From Chrysomallon squamiferum (taxonomy: Eukaryota; Animalia; Mollusca): a stretch of DNA of 64,000 nucleotides. Location: positions 33,232,001 to 33,296,000 of the forward strand of contig CM022665.1 in NCBI GenBank assembly GCA_012295275.1, in the 5' to 3' direction. This document shows positions 1-11,105 of the stretch, piece after piece. Every line of letters begins with the position of its first letter. Positions within the stretch are counted from its first letter, which is position 1. The notes under the pieces are model-generated. The model was not told the origin of the DNA. It saw nothing but the letters and a program-made list of their open reading frames with translations, and made no database searches. Position numbers and translations under genes: made by a program.

Positions 1-516
1 GGGTACACATATTGTTAATCATATATTTGTGTGTATGTGTGTGACTAAGTGCTACAGTAATAGCAAATAAACACCATATAATAAATATTTGTTTTTATCA
101 TTTTTGTAAACTCTCCATTACTGCAGTTATGTTTGCTCTTACTTATATTTCTGCTGCTTACAAGTTGTAATAATACTAAAAATTGCAGTAAATGGTGATG
201 ATGATAATAATAATAATAATCATAAGTATACTTACATGAATCCATTCCTAAATAAATAGTTAATAAATTATGAAACAAAATTTAATAATATTGTTGACAT
301 AGACATCAAAAATAAATAAATAAATAATGTGACACACAATAATTAAATGTACTGAGTAAAAGAAAATGCGGTTCACAAAACATGCTGTCAGAAATACATT
401 TTGTTAGATACTTTTATAAACATAAAAGAGGAAACTATCGCCATTCCAAAGAACTGTTTTTAATTAATAAAAAATTAAATTAAAAATGTTCTCCTCTTTA
501 TTGACAGATAAATATT

Positions 517-1533
517 TTACAGGCTCTGGGAAGGAACATACATGAATTTTCTTATTTTTCTAACTGAATAATATAGAGAGAGGTGTGGTGTCAGCTCACA
601 TTAATTATTAAAAAAAAAAATAATAATAAAAAAAAAAATAATAATAATAATAAATGTATTATTAACTAATAATGTTTTAAAAATAATATTAAATAAAAAA
701 ATTAATATATGTGTAATATTGTAATTTTAAAAATATGTTCAATTTGACATTCATCAAATAAAAAATATAATAAATAAATAAATAAAATAAAATAATTTTC
801 ATTGAGGATTATTTATTCTGATAAAAATTAGTATTAGTTATAAAATTGTGTTTTCACAACTAAATTAAAATAATAGTACCACTAGATGGCCCTGGAACAG
901 GATCTATTTTATTCCTGGATCCATAATAGCTGAATCCTCCAGCTTTCTTAGACTGACCATATCCTATATTCACACCTCCTGCACCAAATGACCTCAGCTT
1001 CTCCATCAGCATACCTGCAGGTCGACCTAGAGGAACAACATTTGGATTAGTATTTCTACAGTACTGCATTATATTAATTTACTACACTACAGTTACATAA
1101 ATATTATACTTAGTACTAATAATTGTTGTTGTAGTAGGAATGTTATTTTTATCTTCACATTTAATATTTATATTAATATTAAAAATTAAATGTAATTTAA
1201 TTTGCAGTAATTAATCTTACAAATGACTGAACAAATATCATTATTTTGCTTAAGATTTACTTACTTGGGGGGTCAGGTGCATCTGGTCCTATACCAAGCA
1301 TCTGCATCATCATTTTCATCTGCAGCATTTGAGTCATCATTTCACTAGATCTCCCTGATTAAAAGGTCATGATTAGTTACAAAGTCTTCAACTCGTGCAA
1401 TGTACAATACATGTTCTTTTCTTGTTTTGGTTTTATTTATTGCTTTGTTTGTTTGTTTATGGCAAAGCCTTCTTCAGCTTTTTTAATCAGATATTTATCT
1501 TCTTCTTCTTCTTCATCTTATTATTATTATTAT

Positions 1534-1604
<71 letters not shown>

Positions 1605-2312
1605 TTACTACTACTACTACCACTACTACTACTACTGCTGCTGCTACAGTTATCTTAACTTACCCATGCCCCCACTGCCTGCATCACCACCCAACAACTG
1701 TGCCATCTGTGAAACCGACCCACCGATTCCACCTGTACCAAATCCCATTGCTCCAGGCCCAGCATTCTGACCCAGAGTAGGAGTTCTAGATCCTCCTGAA
1801 ATTAACAGTTTAAAAACAAAAGTTAATAATGAGTGGAATTTATTTCAAGTTGTTTATTCTTTTCTGTTGTTCTTAGTTTAAAAATATATTACAGCAGCTA
1901 GGGGCTAGTGAATAATTATCATCTGGTGCTAATGCAAATCTGCTTAGAACTGTCACACAGCAAATAGGGATAAGCTACTCTAAACATTTTAGCATGAGTA
2001 CAGAACTGTTAATTATGAAACCATGCTATAGTGTACTCTGTAACAAGAGGTTTAAAAGTTATTAAATATTACTTACGTGTTGGAGGGTCAGGGGCATCTC
2101 CTAATAACATCTGCATCATCATCACTGTCGCTGCTAGGTTCATGCCTGCAAATATACCACCATTTATAAATTAACCGTTAGTTTTTTAGTAATTTTAGTA
2201 ATTTTGTTTTATTTCTATAGTGATATTATGTTCTAAGACAATGAACATCTCCATTTCGTTTTTATTTATTTTTATTTTTATTTATTTATTTATTTGTTTA
2301 TTATTATTATTA

Positions 2313-2365
<53 letters not shown>

Positions 2366-3137
2366 TTTTTTTCTTCTTCTTTTACATTTAGAAATACTTG
2401 AATCAGTATGAATAACACAAACACACATTTGTATTTGTAATAACAAATCAGTCTCTAATTACTGTTGCTAATTATTTAAAAAATAAATCATGTCTTGTAA
2501 ATTCACTTTTTACTTTTACCATCTGTATCTGTGGATATGCTGTGTTGTTGAGGTCTTATATTTATTTCTTCCTATTTTTACCTTTCTAGTTGATTATTAG
2601 CTACTCGTACATACCTCCTTCACCTCCTCCCATTCCAACTCCACTGAACTGTTCCATTCTTTCTCCTCCTCTTCCTCTCATACTTCTCATCATTTCACTA
2701 CTGCCGAATCCTTCCATAACTCCTCCCATTGCTCCTCCCATTCCAACTCCAGCTCTTCGTCTTGTACCTCCTTTTCCCATTCCTCTGTCTCCTGCCATCG
2801 ACTCGCTACCCACACTTCTCAAAATATCTATCATTTTTCCTATTCCCCCACTCATACCGTTCTTGCTGGTCATACCGTTCATAGAACCATCGAACACTGC
2901 GCTTATCCCAGTCTGAGGAATGCTCTGACTTCCTGTGTATATCCACCGTGCAGACTGACCCATGCAGAGAGAGACTAAAATCAATAACACTGACAATGAA
3001 CTAACACTGAATTATAATTACTAGCTATGAGCCAATAGATAAAGTGAATCAATCTAACTATGAGTCAAAATATATATCAATGAATTAGAGTTAAAATTAA
3101 ATAACTTACGAATCAGTAGTTTACAACATATCTAACT

Positions 3138-3168
<31 letters not shown>

Positions 3169-3658
3169 GAATAGAAAAAAGTATAGTAAGCTAGAACCGA
3201 AGATAAATAAATAAAAATAAAAATAAAAATAAAAATAAAAATAAAAATAAAAATAAAATAAAATAAAATAAAATTTAAAAACATAAATAAAAATAATAAA
3301 TAAACGTTAAACATTATTATATTGTCTTTAACAATGCTCTGATCAATGAAAATTAAATAGGATACATGACTAGGATAAAAACCGATCTAAAGAAAGATTC
3401 TGTACATGACAAGAAAACGAAGTGAAATCGGTTTGTTTCATGTTTAGACAATTCGTGACAGCATGTCCCAAAATAGAATGTCTACAACTATTTATAAATT
3501 ACATCGTCACATTTTGACATCTATATTAACACACACACAGTCACACACACAATTTTTATTTTATCTGTTTATTTATTTTCATTTTGATTTTTTTACCCAG
3601 TTTTTAAAATTAGATTATATCATTATCGTACTGAGAAAAAAGATCTGATCCATTTGAT

Positions 3659-3718
<60 letters not shown>

Positions 3719-4583
3719 GTTCTTTTTAGATTGGTAGGGAGTTTCCTCTACTTCTTTCAGGTTTCTTCTTCTCCTTCTTTAATTGAACTATTCTCGCATA
3801 AATAGTAATAACAATAATAGTAAAAACAGCAATAATATAATTTAAAAAACTGGATTGTATATTATTAACATTATGTGTATGTTTTGTGGAAGTTGTGGAT
3901 TATAAATCGTGTATTTGAGCGGAAGTTTCGGCTTCATGGCAGATGTCAGGAAAAAAGTTTAACAATATGACACGAAGAGAATATCTGAGTCAGCAAAAGA
4001 AACAAATGATTTAAACCAGTGAAAAACTGAGAAAATATATGATATGCTGAAAAGAGGTGTCTTCTTCGTTTCACATAACAGAATAAAAAGAGAAAAATGC
4101 GTCTAGGGCGCAAACAAGGAATGGTTTTTCATTTTTCTTAGGGTTGCCGGCATTTGGGTTGGAGTGTTTCTATTTTAACGTAGTTATCAGACTCTTTACA
4201 CTAACATCTACACATGCATGTTCTGCTTTTATAATACAAAGGCAAAAGAATGAAGGCAGAAAAAGACACAGTCAGTATGATTCCAAACCAGAAAATTCAA
4301 ACTATTATTTGAACTGTCATTATCAAATAAAATGAATTAAATAAAAAATAAATAAATACAAAATAAATAATAAAAAATAAATAATAATAATAAATAAAAG
4401 AGTTCATTTGCAAACTATTTTCTTACAATATACACAATGTATTTCAGTATTAAAAATATATATTAATTTTAACAAAGGAAAGAAGACAAAAATAAGAAGC
4501 AAAAGAACATAAAAAATGTCTTGTACTGAGAAGAATAAATAATACTTACGTAAGGCGAAGGTTGTTGCCAATACTAAAATCAT
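517..4583 (-). CDS. Secreted Gly/Met-rich low-complexity protein, 7 coding exons, ~292 aa (candidate shell/cuticle/ligament matrix protein)
   Basis: Hand-spliced exons 4583-4550, 2974-2615, 2145-2077, 1795-1664, 1354-1265, 1026-880, 563-517, all GT-AG and all phase 1, give one open frame: signal-peptide-like MILVLATTFALLSLCMG|QSARW..., GMGG-type repeats, two MMMQML..G..DAPDPP blocks, ending KFMYVPSQSL*; AATAAA follows the stop (~497-502). The last exon is less certain (the frame could instead stop at 860). Confidence 0.85.
1518..1647. repeat. Compound (TAT)n(TAC)n(TGC)n microsatellite in an intron
   Basis: Directly visible trinucleotide tract; it produces the spurious poly-Y and poly-L ORFs. 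Confidence 0.95.
3661..3715. repeat. (CT)n microsatellite
   Basis: Pure CT dinucleotide run. Confidence 0.95.
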
Positions 4584-4672
4584 GATACTCAACGTGATGT
4601 CTAAGCGGTTGCTCTTTCTTATTCAGTCCGGACTAAAATAACTATTTATCTCTCTAAATATATCCTAATCTG

Positions 4673-4690
4673 CCACTTATAGCCCCGCCC
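4673..4690 (-). promoter_or_regulatory. GC box plus TATA-like element upstream of the Gly/Met-rich gene
   Basis: Minus strand reads GGGCGGGGCTATAAGTGG about 90-105 nt upstream of the ATG at 4583. Confidence 0.5.
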
Positions 4691-4719
4691 CTTCCTAGAG
4701 TCTAGTACACCTGACACAT

Positions 4720-4721
<2 letters not shown>

Positions 4722-4768
<47 letters not shown>
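4722..4768. repeat. (CA)n microsatellite
   Basis: Pure CA dinucleotide run. Confidence 0.95.
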
Positions 4769-4769
<1 letters not shown>

Positions 4770-7464
4770 CTTTTAACGCATATTAATTATTATACTGTTT
4801 TGAATTGCATTTGAAAAAAGTAGTATGACTACTTATTATAATATTATTTTGGTATTCTGTAAGCTGTTAAATATTGCTTGTATAGTAATAATTAGTGATC
4901 TGACCTTACTTAACTGAATATGCATAAATACTTGCTGAAATATTGTGACTCTATCTCTGATTTGTAATATGTGCGCGAGAGAGCGCTTTAGGCGACATAC
5001 AGAAATAATAGTAAAAAATATGTAACAGTAAAAAGAACGGTAAACTGCTTTTTGTGTGTCGTTAAATACAGACTTATCTACAATAACGTTAGCAACAGAA
5101 AATGTCATGAAACTGCACCCATGTTAGAAATAACATACACCTTGTCATCCATCCGAAAAATCGTTATGAGACTAGATTAACATACGAGTTATGTTCTACA
5201 TATGTCGAGCCGCTGGGTGGAAATCTCCATTTTGACGATATATCAACAGTGAATTTTGAAGAAAACGCGTTTCTTGAACTCCTGTGACCTGGTCATCTGA
5301 GAGTATCCAGCACATAACACACAGAATGTAGACAGTAATTAACTATTAAGTCTACAAACCTGTCATACAGTCCGTCACTGAAGAGACAAGACGTTTATAT
5401 AGTAAATTTATGAATAAAGCATTTTAAATGAAGTTAAATTACAGAATATACCTGTTGAATAACAATTAAGATGCCAGTTTATAGTCCATGGAAATAAAGT
5501 ATATATTAAAGCTGACAAATAGAGATCAGTTGATGTTACTGAAGACTGAAAAAATGTGCCAAATTTACCCATTAACTGATAGTACATGATTTCGTCAAAG
5601 ACAGATCAAGCTGGATGAAAATCAGTAAAATGGGCTAAACAGTATATCATGATAACAATTTACAAACAAGAAAATCCAAGCCTTATTAAAAAAAAAAAAA
5701 TTCCATTAACAATAGTAATGTTTTACAACTGTAGATCTCAAGGTTTCATTCGTAGACCATACATCTCAAACTGTGTAACAGTAATAGGGATATTCTGCAG
5801 AAAGCTTGAAAATTGCAGTAAGAAAAGAGGGAAAAAAAAGAAGAAAAAACCAACAACAAGAAAATCCAAACCCTCCCCCCCCCAAAAAAAAAAATTGTCG
5901 CAGATTATTCCAAAGTAAAGGTATATATGTAAATAACACAAAGGATTGTGACAGATATCAAAGTTCGTATTAAATTAATATTCTTAGATTTTCAATGTTT
6001 TTTAGTTCTTATATCTTCTGACAGTAACGATACTAGTACATTGCGTTACGGTCATTAGGCCAGTGTACTCTGACAACTTTACAGCCATATGGGTTTTTTA
6101 AATCATTTATTTGTACTTAAATGTGCAGAAAAGTTGGTTTTGAAAGGTCACTTCGAAATGTGTATGATGAATTGTTACAAATTTGTGCTGTTGGACTGAA
6201 CAGAACAAAATTCTACTCGTTGTTTACACATTTTTAACATATTGTCGCCTTAAACGAAAACATTTTATTTAATTTTTTCTTGTGTAGTGTCTAGCTAGAA
6301 TTTCCTGTTGTGCCTTCTGACTATGAATACCGTGGAAGGACGCTAAACATGTACTTCTTGCCTTAACATGAACTACTCACATTATCATGTATATAATTGT
6401 ATTTATGTAAATATATCTATGTATTTATTTATGTATAAATGTAGGTGTGTGCTGATATAAAACAAAATATACTACTGCCAAAAAAAATTAATAATAATAA
6501 TTAAAAAAAATAAACCAGTAATGTGTTTCATATTGATTTTATAATCGTCTATAGTTTTATCGCATTTTTTAAATTCTCATTTTTCCATATCTTTATAGTC
6601 CTGTTTATTCCGGGTTACTTTTTTTTTTAATATGTTTTTCTTTTTTTTTCCTTGCTGTTGTTGGGTTTTGTTTTAGTGCCGTTTTCCTTCTTTACCTTTT
6701 TTCCGTACCCTACCACTGACACTGATGTAAAGTATATGTGAAACAGACCTGCTTGTAGATATTACCTATACTTAAAAGATGATGTGTAGGTAGGTCTACT
6801 AATTAATATTACTGACATATCTAGGTCATTTTATCGAGAAAAGATTTTACAGTGATCTGTCGGTTGACGATGTTACTGACATTTAAAAGTCACACTCAGA
6901 AAATATTAATAGATACAGAAACAGAGACTGATAAGGTCATCTTTATGTTCAGTGGATAATATAATATACGTATATAATACGTCACTATTGTTTGTAAATT
7001 TATTATTTCTGCTCTCTCAAAAAAGATGAAAAAAAAAAAAGAAAAGAAGAAAAGATAAAAAAAAGAAAACCTGAGGTAAAGACTCGTTCAGTCACTTTAT
7101 TTTATGTCCCATTAGTCTGTTTTCTCGTAGCTATTTACAGCTGAAAATACGATTTATATAAAAATTAAAACTGTTAGTTATCATTTTATATAAAAAATAT
7201 GCAGAATAATTGTAAGTTACGCTAAGATAGGCAAAACAAAGTTATAATAATAATCCTAATAACAGGGCCGGTTTAGACCTTGATGGGCCCGTGGCATAGA
7301 AATTAAATTACATTAAATATATATATATATACATACACACATATTAATTTAAATTAACTAATATGAATGATCGATCAATTGCTTTTCTTCGAAAAAATAT
7401 GTTATGTTCCGATGAAAACATCTGATTTCATTTTTCTCAGTTTGACTGTTAGACAATATTTTTA

Positions 7465-7498
<34 letters not shown>

Positions 7499-8086
7499 CA
7501 ATTTCTAATATAGACCATTACTGGCAATCAGATCCAATATAAAATGGCGTGATTCTTTTATTTCTTCAGTTTATGCACGTATTTTCATCCTTTTTAAAAA
7601 AAATTTTTTTTAATATTATTGTATAAGAAATTAATTATTTTATTCATACTAAAATTTAATAACAGCCGAGCCAAAGAATAGTCTTACTCAGAATGTTACC
7701 AGTTTATCTACGTATTCAAAGGAAGGGCGAAGGAACCGCCCTGAATTAGGGGTGCACCCACATGCACCATTAATTCTTTTTAATAATAAAACTAATTTTA
7801 TGATTATTACATTTTTTTAATTTAATTATTTTTTATATAAAGGAAGTCTGGGGTACCCCTCTTGCAAGAGGGCTCGTGACAATCGTGCTTTTCACCCCTT
7901 TTTAAATCAGATATCTGGTAAAACGACGAATCAGTTTTCCCATTTTAAGTGATTACCTAAACGCACCGCTACATATAACGATCATTAGAAATGACTGTAA
8001 ATATTTTGTGTATTTGATGTGGGTAATTTTATCTCAAACATGTCTTCACGACCTTGGACTGACAACGTCTTGCGGTTGGTTTAGAT

Positions 8087-8377
8087 CAGACATGGGCAAC
8101 CTTTTTCAAGAAGCGGGCCACATGAGACATGGCTCATCCTCAGATGGGCTGATGTACTAATTTAGTCGATTTTGTGTTTTTACTTAGAGTTTATTTTAAG
8201 AAATTTTTCATTTTCATTTACTTCAGGAACTGTTATAATAAAAAAAATACATGTGTTTTAGTAAATTAGTAAATACACAATAGACTCATTTTATAAAATT
8301 TGAATTAATGTTATTTTCCTTGTGAAATTAGGCGGGCCACTCCGAAAGTCGCGCGGGCCGCAGTTTGCCCAGGTCTA
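8087..8377. mobile_element. hAT (Charlie-like) MITE, 291 bp
   Basis: TIRs CAGACATGGGCAA...TTGCCCAGGTCTA, subterminal GCGGGCC motifs, and a perfect 8-bp TSD GTTTAGAT at 8079-8086 and 8378-8385. Confidence 0.85.
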
Positions 8378-8821
8378 GTTTAGATTTTACCACTTATTAT
8401 TCTGAACTAAATTGAAATATATATTGGTAGATATTATTTATTTATATATTACTTAATTTAATCAGTACTGAATAGAATAAAATAAAAAAAAACAATGGTT
8501 AATGATTTAATCTGTTTATTAAAAACTTGCTGAGTTTTGTTATTAATTCGTTTCATTTTGTTTTTATCGTGAAAACATTTCTGGAAACATTGCAAGCTAT
8601 TCTAACAGATTACGTTTCCATTAACATTTTCATCTAATACTTTTAATATCTGATTTATTATTTACTTATTTCTGATATATAATTCTTTTCTATTTCTTTC
8701 GTTCTTTATTTTGTTCTTTTATTAATGAATGAATATAAAATTATTAAAACCTGATACAACTTATATATGTATATCTGAACTAAAATGACTTTCACAGATC
8801 TGTTTTGGATTAAGACAAAAT

Positions 8822-9845
8822 TTAGATCATCCACACTCTGACATTTTCTGTCTTCCCATTTCCTATTTTCTGATTGTGACTGACCGGGCTTCTTTTCATC
8901 CTGGATATGAGTTTAACTAGGTTGTTCCTGGAAAAGAGTGGTGCATGCGCGGTTTGTGCAGGTAATTTCCGTTTTGCTTGGGAATAGATTTGCAGTAAAG
9001 ACATAACTGCCTGTGCTAGGAAGGAATTCAGAGAGTTTACATCTGGGAAAGAAAGTAAAGAACTTAATCTGGATTTTCTTCCAACAAAAAGTCTTCTCTT
9101 TGAATCAATAAACGGTGATTTGTTTGAACTAATAAATGTTCGTCTTCTCTGGGTGTGTATTTGAGGTAATCGGTTATTTGTCGACAGTTTTCTATTTGCT
9201 AACAGTTCTGTGGGAAGAGGTGTTGTTCTTGATATGTCTGACAGCAGTGGTTCTGTAGAAAGGCCACTGGCTGGTATAATCTCAGTAAAATGAATACGAA
9301 TGGCTTGAAAGTGAGATGTGTTTTGATGAACTGTTTTATTACGAATGTCGTTTTTTGCAAGAGTCTTGGTTTGCCTGGATGAAATCTTCAATTGTCTTGG
9401 TCTTATATTCCATTTTAATCCTGGAACTTGGCCCATATTGTTTTTTGTCTCGTTTCTTTGGCTTGAATCTTTCAGGATATTAACAGAAACAACACTTCCT
9501 TGATTCTTTGATTTCGTGTCATTGCGAATTGTTAGTTTTGGACTTGAAACGTGATTACTTTGGGGATTAGAAGGTAAACCATTATATTTCATTTCATTTA
9601 CTGTACTTGTTCTGTGAAGTGTTGACTGTGTTGTTGCAGGTGATTGGGTTTGCGATGTTGTCACCAGTTGTGTTGTATACGATGACGTCGTACTTTGCAT
9701 TCCATTATTAGTTCCTACAAATATAGTAAGTTAACAGAAACAACATTTTAAAAGTTCGCAAAACTTTTATATTAACATAATCTAACACGGACCCTGAAAA
9801 CATGCAACCGAAAAAACTGATTGACACACACAAAAAAAATAATTA

Positions 9846-9897
<52 letters not shown>

Positions 9898-11060
9898 TTA
9901 AAATATAAAATATATAATATGAAAAAACGAATGTACTTTTCTTTTTAACTGATTCCTAGAAGAAGCCTAGCGAGCATTGAAGGAAAATTATAATTCATGG
10001 AATTTGCGCTTGTCTAAATACGTATACTATCCATATTTGTCCACATAGTCAAGTTCTGCTGAAAAATAATCTTTGTAAAAAAATATTTTATTTACGTTTT
10101 GTCCTGCAATTTAATCATTACTGGAATTTAATGACCTTTTGTAAACAGTACTATTTAAAAACATATGGTTTTTGTCATTCACTTTTGTATCGTCCTTTCG
10201 CTTCCACATGAGGCACCACATTTTAAAACTTTGTGTAAATTTTACTAACTCTGGTTTCGCGTAGCTGCATTTCTAACCTAGTTTGTGTGACTATGCGAAT
10301 TAGGAAATCCTCTTTTACGCCATGTTTGTAATTATTTGGTCAAGCAAAAAAATCTTTATTTGGTATGTAATAAATAAATTTAAAAAATACAAAATAATTG
10401 CTTTTTGGTTTGTTTTTTTAGTTTCTACATTCTACTCATGTGCATTCTGCTGGAAATCCACTTGCTTTCGGAATTGGAGTCTGCTGCTGAAAATAAACTC
10501 GTGGAATACAGAAACTAGAAGAAGAAGTAATGTGTATGTGTGTGTGTTTGTCTGCGCGCTCTTTTGTCTATGCAACGTAATGTTTTCTAAATATGTTTAA
10601 GTATGAAAGGTTAATAATTATTGTAACAAACCTTGCTCTATTTGACGAAGTGTATCTGAAAGTGAAGTAAATAATAATAAATAATGACTATTTGGAGTTC
10701 AAGATTAAAATTATTTATTTCAGTGATATGTTCTTGTTTATTAACAAATGGTATAGATGAATTAATTAACTCCACTGAAGATTTTATTATAATTAGTGTA
10801 TTCAGCTCGTGTTACATATAACTAGATATCTATAGTAAGTATTTTAGAATAGCGATTAAGTTATTTCGTTCAGTTACTATTTTCAGAAAAGCAGCTGAAA
10901 TATTGTCAGTAACATGTCCTGTTGCATAACACAGAGATAACAGAAAACATCTCAGTGATGGCGATAATAATACTTTGACGTCCTGAATTTGACTTAATAT
11001 TATTTCAGATATTTCTTAAAGCTAGGTAGGCTATAATATTCGTTTCCTAATTTTAATGAA

Positions 11061-11105
<45 letters not shown>

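Noticed and set aside
1369-1770. Poly-Tyr / poly-Leu ORFs on +
   Set aside because: Translations of an intronic (TAC)n microsatellite and the antisense of a real minus-strand exon.
2590-2916. Pro/Ile-rich ORF on +
   Set aside because: Antisense shadow of the Gly/Met-rich exon.
7263-7917. Possible hAT/Tip100-like MITE beginning CAGGGCCGG
   Set aside because: Right terminus too degraded and no TSD identified.
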